From assembly GCF_018977255.1 (NCBI RefSeq), contig NW_024704742.1:42534001-42598000 (forward strand): 64,000 bases of DNA. The letters are read 5' to 3'. Below are positions 51,654-64,000 of this stretch, piece after piece. How positions within the stretch are numbered: position 1 is the stretch's first letter; each line of letters begins with the position of its first letter. The notes under the pieces were generated by a model. The model did no database searches, was not told where the DNA came from, and saw only the letters and a list, made by a program, of their open reading frames with translations. This stretch comes from Callorhinchus milii (taxonomy: Eukaryota). The position numbers were made by a program, and so were the translations under genes.

Positions 51654-53730
51654 TCTGTAGACCTCCAATGGAGAATGAATTACCCATATCCTGATAAAAC
51701 CTTAAAAACTCCAGTTCAGCAAGTGATGTTCAGCTCTGAATTCCAACTCCTACCTATACACACACACAGTTTGAGGATATCATACTTCGTGGGACACAGA
51801 TGAATATTTATAGCTGAAGAGAGGTGGAAATCTTTGAAAGATGAGGAGTCAACTGACAATGCAGTCCATCTTGCTTAGCAATATTATTGCCTTCGTGTTT
51901 TCAGCACTGACGGTAACATACCATTGTCTACCTACTGCTCAATTCTGTCCATATCTAGATGCAGTGATTCACTTGCTCTCGTTTTCACTCTATTTCTTGG
52001 TCTTATGAAAATTGTGCAGTGACTACAGCTGACATTGATGTGATGGATGAAAGGAAAGGATAATGAAGCATAAACATAAGAATTTGCTGGGTGAAAGAAG
52101 GCAAGGTTCATTTAGGTTGCCTTCCACCATCCTGGAGGTCGCTTGACATGTCGTGTCCCATGCAGGACTGAAAAATTCCATGAGCTAATTAACCATCTAG
52201 TTTTGGTGAGCTGGAAGAGAAACTAGGGACAGGAATAGGCCGTTTAACACCTCAAGCCTGTTCCACTATTCTATTAGATCATGGCTGATCTGTACCTCAA
52301 CTCCAATTACCCACCTTTCCATACCCCCATATAGCATAACTTAGCATAACCCTGTTTATTGCTCTACTTTCACTCGTAATTTCTGTCTTAATCACTGTCC
52401 TTTTACATTTTGTCCTTTGTGGTGAGTCGCCCACCCGACTGCTTCTTCCTCCATAACATTATGTATGTTATTCAATTATCAAACTTCTATCCTCTGGTTA
52501 CATTTGAAGTAACAGTGTTTGCACACAGAGGAAATAATTGAGCTGAGTTCAAAAGACGTCTGCAGCTTGTCAAATGGCAACTTGCTATCAATGATTTTGA
52601 TAGCACTTTTGGTGGTAGTGAATAAGTTAAATCATAAACACTCATTGGATAAATGTATTTAATACGCCACCATAAAATGGGAATAATAAATTCTGTGAAC
52701 TAATCGTATTTCTTTATAATTGCTTCCTCTGTGGAGGCTGCCCTAATTGATCTGGTTATGGGAATAGCTGTGTGATTAGTTTGAGAAAAGCAGTGCTGAA
52801 TATCTTCCTTCAAGGATAATATGTGAGAGTGTCCTAGCAACTAATTTCTAATGCAAACTGTAACAGATCAAAATCCAGTCATATGCCTCTGTATTAATTA
52901 TTAAAGGTTTGACGCTATCTCTCGCTCTCTTATGTTCTTCTTTACCTCCAATAAAGTAGCACACTGCAATAAAACTGCACAGCAAGCATCATCCCAGTAA
53001 ATTAATAGCTTTAATTTCTTTTAAAAAAGACAAGACCATATATCAATAAGTGCTACAGTCTATTGTATTTTTTTTACAGTTTATTGAATTTGTTAGCTGC
53101 CCTGGAAAAATGAAATCCTTACATGATAGCATGTTGTAAACTCAGTTTGTTTACATACAGGATTAAGGAATTGTTTATCTTTGTCCTTGTAATTGTCTGA
53201 CCAAACCCCGTGTGCTCGTATTTTTCTATGAAAGTGTTATTGCTCTGAACAAATGCAGTAGCAACTCCAATCCACCAGCATATTGCTTTGCCAGAAAATA
53301 AATGAATTCCTCTGAGCAATGGATGTTTTAATAAAATAAAGTCTGACAAGGTTAAAGAGCCTAGTTTTTGAAGCATGCCATGTGACATTTAACTGAGACA
53401 TGTGTTTTTTTAAAAGCAGGTTTGGTGTTCAGCCATATTACAAAACATACAGGCGGAACATATGAAATAATCCACAACTGTTTGTGGGATATTGCTGTGT
53501 GTAATTAGCTGCTGTGTTTCACACTCAAAATATACAGTCAATTCACTTTACCAGTATATTCCGTGAAGAGCTTTGAGACTTCTCAACCACATGCTAAGGC
53601 GCTATATCAAATGCAAAGATTATTATTATTATTATTAAGGCTGCTCAGTTCCCCTGTTCTCTCCACAAACCAAGCAAAATTGTTTTTTCATGGTATCTAC
53701 CTCGAGGTGTAGCTGTTCCATGCTCCTATG

Positions 53731-54046
53731 ATAATAATAATAATAATCCTTGCATTTGATACAGCGCTTTTCACGTCTTCTAGACGTCTCAAAGCACGTC
53801 ACAGAATATACTGTAAAGTGAATTGACCATATATTTGTGGGCAAAACTCGGCAGCCAATTGCGCACAGCAGTGTCCCACAAACAGTCGTGAATTGAAGTG
53901 ATCAATTTATTATTGTTTTTTGTTTTGGAGAGATTATTATTAGGTGTGTGGAGGAAACTTGCCCAAGGTTTCACCCTGACTGGAATTGAACCCAGGTGTC
54001 TCACTTGCAAGGCGAGTGCTCTAACCACTGAGCTACAGGACTCCAC
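53731..54046 (-). mobile_element. tRNA-derived SINE, full length, tail-to-tail with a plus-strand 3' half at about 53470-53637
   Basis: Family match on both strands. Confidence 0.9.
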
Positions 54047-55419
54047 AAGGAGTTGTGAGGGGGTGGGAATATTGATCTCCACTTCCTCTATCCTGGGGTC
54101 TCACCATCATAGGTTCTGCTCTCAATTCCCATTACAAATGTGTGGGCTGCACTATGAGTCAGTCTGGGTGCACACACAACAAATATAGTTGGGAACTACA
54201 AAATGTAAACGCACTGCTCTTGCACTTATCACAGGCACATTATTAGGGATTTAACAATCCTTAGACTTGACATAAGACCTTCCAGTGCTTTGAGAGACCA
54301 TCTCAAAACACTTCACAGGATATACTATAAATTTTAAATTTGACCTGGAGGTTTGGTTGTCAGGGCATTGGGGGAAAAAAAAACTTGTCTTTTTGAATAG
54401 TGCCTTTAACATTCATCAAAACAGGCAGACAAGAGCTCAGGTTAACATCGCACGCGAAGGACAGCACTTTCACCAATGCAGCACACCCCCAGAAGTGCAT
54501 TGGGGTGTCATCAAAGATGATATGAGTTCAAATAATGTCAGACATCCTAATTTGCGTAATTAATGATCAGCACGGAATTTCCACCCCATAGAGAGAGAAA
54601 GATATCAGTAGCAGCAGATTCAAAACAAGTTAGGATAGTATCAAGGTTTTTTTTTACCCCCCCCCCCCCACCCCATATTGAAGGCAGAAGCCACTATTAA
54701 TTTTAACCCATTCATAAACAATTACATATTTTTATTAGAAGTTGACTGCCATTACATTAATTCCTAATTCAGTCATTAATTCAATCTTAATTTGAAAGCT
54801 GATTTTCTGCAATATTGAAAAAGAGCTGTGGAAAATCTGTTTCCAAGGTTAAGATTGTTTTCCAAAATTTCATACGATCTTAGATTTTAAGACAATGGCA
54901 TGATTTTAAGACTCAGAAGCATTAGGAAGTTTGTGCTCCAGGCTACATAGCATTGTGTGATGAACATTTTTTTAATAGTATCACCAACCTGCCTTCCTCT
55001 ACCGCGTTGTTAATTCTTTGAGAGCAGGAAGTTCAAAGCAACCTCTGCAGAATATCAATAGTTACTGATTCTCCCCTCACTGACATCCTATCCGTAGTTA
55101 TCAACACCTCTCTACTGCCAACCCAGTGTTCAATCCCACAACTTAATTTGCCAAGAATTTCAGGAGCCGTAATCATCCACTTCAAGGTTCCCTTATGGAA
55201 ATTTATCAAATGCCTACTGAAAAATCCATGTAAACTAAGTAAAAAAAATTTTGCTTTTTAATGACTGTTTTGGTTAGTCTCACAGTTTCTTTATCTTTGC
55301 AGATGCAAGTAATTTGTGTTGTGAAGTCCTCTGATCTTTGAATCAAATAGTGACACAGAGGATTACATTTTCAATTTACTATACATCATTTATAAAGCAT
55401 TTCAATCATTACTCGACAT

Positions 55420-55558
55420 TTTGATATAGCGGTTTTCACGTCTTCCAGATGTCTCAAAGCGCTTCAAAGAATATGCTGTGAAGTGAATTGACTGTATATT
55501 TCTGGGCGAAACGCGGCAGCCAATTGCGCACAGCAGTGAGTGTCCCACAAACAGTCGT
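55420..55558 (-). mobile_element. SINE 3' fragment
   Basis: TTTGATATAGCG...GGCAGCCAATTGCGCACAGCA...CCCACAAACAGTCG. Confidence 0.8.
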
Positions 55559-57619
55559 TTGTATGATTAATGCTTGTATGAATGACAACAGCAACTTCTA
55601 CTTATATCATGGACTTCATATCTCGGAGAGCTGCATAGGGGCAATGCTAATACCAAGCCAGGGGAGGTGGGGGCAGCCGGGAACAGAAGGTGTGGTAGAA
55701 GAATTGATTTTTAGGTTAAGGGGAATTTAAAGACAGATAAAGAGGGCATGACATTGTGGGGTAAAGAGAGAGATTTCAAAAGGGTGGGGGCATGGTTGCT
55801 GAAGGTTCAGCACTGATGGTGGAAGGGGTTGGGGTAGGCCCAGAGGTGCATAGGAACATAACAGGAGTAGGCCATTCAGCCCCTCGAGCCTGTTTCGCCA
55901 TTCTGTAAGATCATGGCTGATCTGTACCTCAACACCAATTACCCGCCCTTGCCCCATATCCCTTGATACCCTATAATAAGGGCAAATAATAAAGGCAAGA
56001 GACAATAACAACTTATGTTTGTAAAGTGTCTTACACATGGAGTAACATCTTGGTATGCTTTATAGAGAAGGTGTCGGACACTGAGCGGAGGTGGCAAGTG
56101 ACTAAAGGGTAAAGGTAAGGGAAGCGACTAAAGAGCAAAGTCAAAAAGTAGTTTTTTTAGACAGTTTTTGAAGACTAATAGAGATGGGGTAATATGGAGA
56201 AGATGGGACATAATGACCTAAAACTTGGAATGGAATACTAGACTGGAAGTCAAATAACCCATGGTTATGCGATAGGATTAAAAACTCTTGCATTATTAAG
56301 CTATATAAAAATTACACAACTGAATGATAGATAATATGGTAAATAATAATAATAAATGGTATTTTCTCCATGCCGTTGAGGGTACTTAAGGACATGAGCT
56401 ATCATTTATCAGCGCTATAACAAACATGCAATGGGGGAAGAAAAGAGCACAGAAAGAGCTATTGAGGTGCTGCCACAACACTGAGAGTTACTCAAATTGA
56501 TTAATGATAGCTGCTTTCCAAAATGTATTCAATTTAGTTCATTACGGTCAGAAAACATGGCAGCACATTCACATGAAGAGAACCTTCTTCTCTGTGAATA
56601 CAATCCCAGTGAAATTACCATGGCTGCACAATTTGTCTTGGTATGTAGACGGGTACCTATTATTTGTACCCTGCTGTTAGGATGGGTCATAAACTAGCAG
56701 CTGTTACACATTGTAAATGCTGACTTTGGCTGCAGTTTTTGATATTCTGAGCTGGGGACTATCAGTGCATTAGTGTAAGGGAATATAATATCAAGCACAG
56801 GAGAATAATAAGTGGCAAACTACTGAGGCAATGAGACATCCCTCCCTAAATTGTTCAATGTGGTAGGCAGGTGATTGTATACTCCAGTGATTTAAGGACA
56901 ATTTCCTCTTGATTTCCCATACATGTTATTGCATTTGATACTTTGATGCTTTTTAGCTCTCAGAACTGGATTTAGGATTAGAGAAATCGGTTGTTGCGGT
57001 GAGATAGGGCAGGGAGTAAATGCAAATCTCAAATTCCCCCAACTCAAAATATAGCCCCAATTTTAACTTAAAGACATTTTAAAGATAACTAGAGAAAGGG
57101 TAGAACCATAGAAATTTACAGGACAGAAAAAGACCCTTCAGCCCATCATGTCTGTTCTGGCTCTTTTAAAAGCAATCCCTTCAGTCCCATTTACCTGGCC
57201 TTTCCTCATTTTAGTGTAGTGTTTTCCTTTTTAGATATTTATCTAGTTCCGTAGAGTGACACTATCTTCATAAACAGGATTTGGGTAATCTACTGTTGTA
57301 TTTTATTCACAAACATATGAAACAGCGCATACATTGGGTCAAGATGCATCTTTGTTTCACTTGTATGTGCTGTGTGTGTGTGATAAATGGTTTAACATCG
57401 CAAGTGAAAGATGGTATATTTGACAACGCAGCACTTCCCAGCACTACATTATTGTGTCAGCCTACACTATGAGCTCAAAGTCCCAACATGGGACTTGAAC
57501 CTTTAATTTGGATCAAAAATGCTGGATCGGAGGCAAGAGTGCTAGTACTGAGCCATAGGTAGGATGATGAGATTAATGTTGGAATTCACTGGTTCTCTCA
57601 GAACAAAACCTAATCTTTA

Positions 57620-57795
57620 ATAAGTTGGCCATTTCAATCCACGACTGTTTGTGGGACACTGCTATGCGCAAGTGGCTATGGCATTTCACCCACAAATATA
57701 CAGTCAATTCACTTTACAGTCTATTCTGTGAAGCGCTTTCAGACGTCTAGAAGACGTGAAAAGCGTTATATCAAGTGCAAGGATTATTATTATTA
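57620..57795 (+). mobile_element. SINE 3' half
   Basis: CCACGACTGTTTGTGGGAC...GCAAGGATTATTATTATT. Confidence 0.85.
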
Positions 57796-59278
57796 AACAC
57801 TGCCCCTTCAGCACTATTCATATAAAGCTGTTCGAACAGAAAAATCAGAACTAGGACAGATAGAACTGAAGACAGAAAGCATTTCTTCACACAAAGGGTG
57901 TGATGAAATTGCATACTCTGCCCAGAAAGCTATAGAAGGAGAATCAATAGGGGTGTTTAAAAGAAAGACAGTCAGAGATAGGAATAGTAGAGAAATTAAA
58001 GACTATTAAATTAATTAAAGAAGAGCAGTGCATCTGCCATGATCTAATAAACTGGTGGAACAGACTTGAAGGGCTTAATGGCCTCTTCCTGTTTTCCTAT
58101 GTTCCTACGATCTGTTCTAGGCTACAGTATTTAGTTTGTTTTGTCTCTTCTGACATCTCAACACTGATTAGTAGATTAGTGAGAGTGGCCATTACAGAAC
58201 TCTTTTTATTGTACAAATATAAGGCAGAATCTCATGTTGCTCTCTAGCTTGATATGTTACATTGACTGTTGTTTCTGTGCAGGAATGAATATCTGTTATT
58301 AAGAAATTCTGGGCCAAAATACACGTCTAAGATTAACTGTGAAGACTGTGCTTTGCCTCTTAGGTGACAAACTGTCTGGGTATGATCTATTGCTCAAATG
58401 GATGTGTTTGGTTCCCATTTATTTCAGTTTGATTTTATGTCAACATATACATTTTATTAAAAAATCTCAATTAATCCTTATGGATCAAAGCAAGAGTTTA
58501 ATCATAAGGAGAGCAATGAATCCAGTTTATAAAGCACTGCAGATTAATCAGGAAAATTTAGTTAATCTGAAGATGCTAAAGGCCTCCCTTTTAAATTCAA
58601 ATCAGCTCCAAGCTGAAAATTAATATTAAATCCATAATTACAGTCAGCAGTCTTAAACTAAGCAGTGGCAGATTTTTAGTAAATGGTTTCCAACATTTAA
58701 ATAATCTAGATATGTTTGCACATTTGAAAGAATCATTGCTATATAATTATAATTTTTTAAAAAAGATATGAAATATGGCTGTAGATATTTGCACGTTGAC
58801 TACAGATATATTTCAGATCTGGATGCCTTGCAGTATTTTAAGATCCTCCAAGGACAGGGTTGAATTATAACTCTATTAGTGATTTCTATTTAGATGCAGC
58901 ATCTGAATGTAATAGGTCTCCAAGTGAAGACTTATGCAAGTTGTAATTAAGACACAGCAAACTTTAACCGCAAGAGAGTAAGATAGCACATATGACTACG
59001 GTAGCTTATATGACTAACACAAGTCACAGTAGCCACTAGCATATTTAAGATCTTCAGATCAAGCCCACAGTTACTTAAGATCATGAATTAATAATAGAAT
59101 AATTATCCTTGCATTTGATATCGCATTGAGAATGTGACAAAGAAATTCACAATGTATTTGTAGAGTGAAGACTTTCCTCTTAGTGTCTACGGTCGCCTCC
59201 CCATTCTCCTGGGTTTGGCGTGAAACTACGCCATTGTTAAGCCATTTGAGACACTACCCCATACGAAGAGTCTATATA

Positions 59279-59856
59279 CAGTAAACTCCTGATAACGCAT
59301 CACTCTGAGGAAAACAGGCTCAGTGACTAGTTATCCGGAGTGGCTGGTTAGGCACAGGTCCTCCGGGATCATAAGAGATGTAGGCGTTCGGTAGAATTTG
59401 GACGCACATGCTCAGATTGATCACAGAAGCCTCTAGTCTATCCCGCAGGATGTCATAGGATTGGGCATGGCAGGCGGCCATGGCACAGCTTTCCAATGGA
59501 TCAGAGGCCTCTGCAACAGGATTGGGTGGGAGGCCACAGTGCAGCCCTACAACAAACCAGATGCCTCTGTGATGCATCTAAGCATGGGCGCCCAATCTCT
59601 GTCAAGTGCCAGGACCAGTCACAGGATAGGGCGGAAGGTTTCTGGGATCCAGTACGCTATCCTAAATGACAAATTATCTAAAGTAAGTACTTAGAAGGAT
59701 TTGTAGAATGTGACTGCTTACATGTTAACTGGAGTGACAAGTAAAGAGGAGTCAATTACCAATATTTTGTATGAGAAGTGGCCAGGATATTGACAGCATG
59801 GCTACTTAAGTGGTAGTGACAAGTTAAGCCAGGGTCTTGTTATCAGGTGTTTGCAG
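59279..59856. mobile_element. Candidate Tc1-mariner/Tigger-like non-autonomous DNA transposon
   Basis: TA|CAGTAAACTCCTGATAAC (59279-59296) and GTTATCAGGTGTTTGCAG (59839-59856) are inverted with 15/18 identity. Confidence 0.5.
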
Positions 59857-61763
59857 CAAATTTATGCTATTGTAAAGGCCGTGTACTAGTAAACTCCCAA
59901 GAAGTTCCCAATGATCGATTTTATTGAGGGATTGTCAGCCAGGACACTGAGAGAAACTAACTTCTCCTTTTGAATAGCGTCATGGGTTGTTTACGATTCA
60001 CTTGAACTGGCAGATAGAAATTTGGTTAACACTTTATTCAAAAGACGGCATCTCTGACAATGCATCAATATCCCAGTACTGCACTGTGAGCTCAAAATCT
60101 CAATGTGGGACTTGAAAAATTCTATATCGTATCTCTCAAAGAGCCGGAGGCTGTAATGGTCTCAGTTACCTAAATAAATGTGCTGTGCTAATTCTTATTT
60201 CATATAAAATCATGGGTCAAAGGCTAACCAAAGTCCCTGATACTTCCATCTCAAATGGAAACCAACTAATGCCATATACAACACTAAGCATTGCGAATAA
60301 CACTGATACTGATCTGCTCTTCCAGGTGCTATCGGTCAGCCAGGCTGGAATGCCCTGGAATACTGGTTTGCTCTTGAGGTCCCTCAAGATGACTAAGTAG
60401 AGATAATGAATTCCCCAGAGATACAATCTAAGGTATAATCTTTCTATCATTTGCTTTGGTATTTTGTACAATATTGTAAAAAAAGAATTTACCTTAAAAT
60501 ACATTTCTGTCTTGTTCAAATTTGCATAACTTATTTGAGAAACATATTCAAATTCTATGTCTACCTGAATTAGGCTAAAATGAATTAACACACTGTTGAG
60601 AAATGTGGCTACTCAATGTTTCAATTTATCGATGGGCCGTGGGAGTGAATCTCCCTCTACTTGACGATCACAATTTTTTGGGGTCAGCCAGGTGTCTGAC
60701 ACAAAACTCATCACCATGCTTAAGATTATCCAAATCAAGTCAAGCTGATATTTCCATGGATCCCACCAAACACATGGAAATCCCAGACCGTTGGAATGGA
60801 AGGTGCATTCTCTCCCTGGAAGGACACATCCTGCTTAATAAATTCTGCAAAGTATTGTGCGTTGGGTTACTGCTGGAGTTCAACCAGCTAAAACCACATA
60901 GTATTGATATTGCTGTCTGGCAAGCTTTCCTGGCGCTTGACAACTAGGACCACCCTACATTTTAGGGCTTTAGCTTTCAGGGTTAACAGTAGCTGAGTGG
61001 AATGACTCCCTGTCCCCACTGACTGGTCTGCCCTTCCAGGTCCTACTGATGAGCCAGGCTGGCTATGCTGTCATGAGCAATGCCCTAAAATACTACAGAC
61101 CCGCCTGGCTCGGGAACCAAACTACCGAGACCGCCACAGAGGCTGGCTCGATTCCGACATTCCATTACCAGGCATCTCACCTTGAAGCCAGTTCAGCTGC
61201 TTACCTCCCAACCACCCACCAGGAGGAAGGGGCAAAAGCCAATCACTGCATTGCACTTGATAGTTAACAACTGGAAACCTGAGTAAAATCAGGATCCTGC
61301 ACTGGAAGTCCAATGTACACATTCATTTGCTTCAGACCCATGGAGTCGGGGATGGGTTCAGGTTCATATCAGTGGACCAATCAATAAATTAATAGCTGTG
61401 TTTTTCATTTGTGTTGTTAAGTTACTTTTTCGCTACACCATTAATACTATGATTCTACCAGTAATAAATTGTCAATTAAGTCTACATCTACAGCTAGTAT
61501 GAAAATGATCACTAGTTATCTCACCCATGACACATGAGCAGCCTTTTTTTGGAGGTCAGCTGGGTGTCTGAAGCCCATCAAAAGCAGCCTGGTGTGAGAC
61601 ATTTCCAAGCCACCATAACCTCACCCAGGGCTTCATACCGCCTGAGGCAAGAATGGCCCAGGCTCACTGCCGCTTCTGCCATTCTAACTCCCTCTCATCA
61701 ATGTCTAATTAGGTTCCTCATTAGTTAACTTTGAAACAAAAAAATAAAGTTTAATGGACTTGA

Positions 61764-61993
61764 GTGGAGTCCTATAGCGTATTGATTAGAGCAATTGAGA
61801 AAACCTGTGTTCAATTCCTGGGCAGGGTGAAAATTTAGGCAAGTTTCCTTTGCTTCCTAGGCAAGCAATTGGCTACCGCATTTTGCCCACAAAATATAGT
61901 CAACTCACTTTACAGTATATTCTGTGAAGCACTTTGAGATGTCTCAAAGACATGATAAGGGGTTATATCAAAAGCAAGAGTTATTATTATTAT
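61764..61993 (+). mobile_element. tRNA-derived SINE with internal deletion
   Basis: GTGGAGTCCTATAGC head and family tail; middle missing. Confidence 0.8.
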
Positions 61994-64000
61994 CAATAGA
62001 CTTGAGTGCTAGCCCATTATGGAGTACCAATGTACACAGGATTACATAAAAGAAAAACAATCAGAGACACTTTGAATGGAGGTGACAAGTAAAAATTAGA
62101 CTTTTAGTCGGGTTCCTTGGATACCAAGAACAACCTGTACTTATATTATGTCTTTCAGATAGGAGAATGTTTTGAAGCATTATAGAGAGATGGAATTAGA
62201 GCCTGAGCAGAGTGTGAGATAGAAGAAATTGAGAGGAAGTGGCTAAAGGCACAGTCAAAGATAAAAGTATTTAGACAGGCTTTGAAAGCAGAAAAAGGAG
62301 TGAGGCAAAAGGATTTAGAGAGAGAGAGATTACCTTCAAAATTCGAGTGCTTTTGCACTTCAGAAAGGTTATGCAGAACAGATTTTTTTTATTTTCTCAC
62401 CATTTTTTTCTCCTCACAATATCATAAAATTGGTTTGGTTGAAGAAGGCCCTTTGGCCCATTCAATCTCATCCCTCCAGAACACCCACCCATCACTGCAT
62501 CAAGTTGTTTTTTAAATGAGCCCAGTGTCTTAGCTTCTACCACCTTTCCAGTCATTGATTACTCGCTATGTAAAGGAAAAGCTCCAAACAGAGAAAGAGA
62601 GAGTGCAAAGTGGCTGAAAGCTCACCTACCAATGACACATAGGAGCGGCAATTTCCTCACTCCCTATTCCAGGGGCACTGAGCATCCTCACCAAAACCTT
62701 AATGAAAAGCAGCCAATTCAGCACAGACCAAGGATAAAAACAATTGGACTTCCCGATCTGTGCATCTCAGCGCCGCTTCACCCAATCCATTTACCCATTG
62801 AACCATCAAAATGTTACATATATATTAGAAATTAGCTTTGTGCTGTGTCTGTGTGTAACCTTTCAGTAAAAACTAATTTATCATCAATGATGACTACAAA
62901 CCTCCGGGTATGGGGAGGGCCTGCTATGTTGACAAAGAGACCAAATTGGTTTGACTAGATCAATACCATGCAGCATACTATAGGCTCACTGTGCAGCAGC
63001 TCTGCCATATTTGATGTGACAGATTCAGAAGGAGAGATTACTGAAGTTGCAAAAATTACACAATATTTCCACAGATGTCATCTACGTGCTCTGCATTTGT
63101 CTATGTGGGTGCTGGGAGCTGTATTTCTTAAACCATGGCATTGGAGTTCGATTAAAGATTTGCCTCAAGGGTTCTGTGAACAATTTGCAGCACTGACAAA
63201 ACTGCTTTCCAGAGCTGTGCTTAATATTCACTCAGCCACTTGAAGTCTTTACCAATCTTTTGACAATCAGAAAACTTATTAAGTTTTGCATTCCTGCCAC
63301 CCCATTGTTTAGAATAGAATAACCACATGAATTTTAGTGGAAACAAAATATATGAAGAAATCGTTGCCTTGATCCATTAATTGATTTTGCAATTATGTGA
63401 ACCTTGGTTTCCACTTCATTTCTTCTGCGTGGAATGCGGTTTGTTCAATGCAGTTGTATCATTTCAGACATACACAGGGACAATTTTGTATAGCGGAGTG
63501 AGTGGAGAGGGAAATAGAGAATAACATCTAATAAGCACGAAATTCGAACGGGATTCAGGAGCCTGAGTGGAGAAACCTTCTGGTAACTATTTTCATGACA
63601 CACGTCATTCCGATCCATGGGAAGTACACTCCAAAAACAGATCACATCGGAGTAGAGTTTTCGCAAGCAGGTATGGGATGTTTCTGGTTTCCTTAATAAG
63701 GAATCCGATTAGAAATTGTCACCCTTTAGACCCCAGTTGTAAAAAAAATTACAGAGGGAATCCTTGCAGAGGGATAAAAGGTAAGAATATACTATGCATA
63801 CTAACTTTCAATAGGATAATGTCAAAATTAACCAGCATCATCAGCTGCCTAAATCTGTACATGGAAAAAGTTATCAAATCAATAGCATCAGGATTTTCAT
63901 TAAATATTCAATAAATTACACACTTATTCAAAATAAAACCTTGTTAAGTGTAATTGCCTTTCCTCAACAATGGAGGTTCACGTTGATATAACACTATTTA

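Noticed and set aside
60326..60396. Possible terminal exon after CTCTTCCAG (GAIGQPGWNALEYWFALEVPQDD*)
   Set aside because: Too short, unrecognised, and no supporting upstream exons.
1..64000. CRISPR arrays, prokaryotic operons, rRNA
   Set aside because: No regularly spaced repeat-spacer array or rRNA similarity; the sequence is vertebrate.

Overview
Repeat-rich, AT-rich vertebrate genomic DNA. The repeat families suggest a cartilaginous fish, probably a chimaera/elephant-shark type; this is inference from the SacSINE1/Deu-like SINEs, CR1, L2 and Penelope content. I recognise no host protein-coding exon, so the window is probably intergenic or a large intron, and almost all ORFs in the track are repeat-derived or spurious. 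The dominant feature is a CR1 LINE (about 43681-51653: SGNH-esterase ORF1, APE-RT ORF2) interrupted by a decayed LTR retroelement (45649-50270). That element's pol has retrovirus-type architecture: protease, RT (YVDD), catalytically dead RNase H tether, second RNase H, integrase. It runs into a PPT and a 440-bp TG...CA LTR only 157 bp after the pol stop, so it has no env (Odin/lokiretrovirus/foamy-like). It is preceded by a 292-bp near-identical duplicate of its own 3' end. Other content: many copies of a young tRNA(Ala)-headed SINE whose tail matches L2 LINEs in the same window, older Deu-domain SINEs, and CR1/L2 fragments. There is also a Penelope element with TSD and a minimal hammerhead ribozyme motif, a Penelope-derived perfect hairpin, palindromic MITEs, an unidentified ancient 3-copy repeat, a 1-kb CA/GA minisatellite and a few candidate regulatory motifs (CTCF, CRE).
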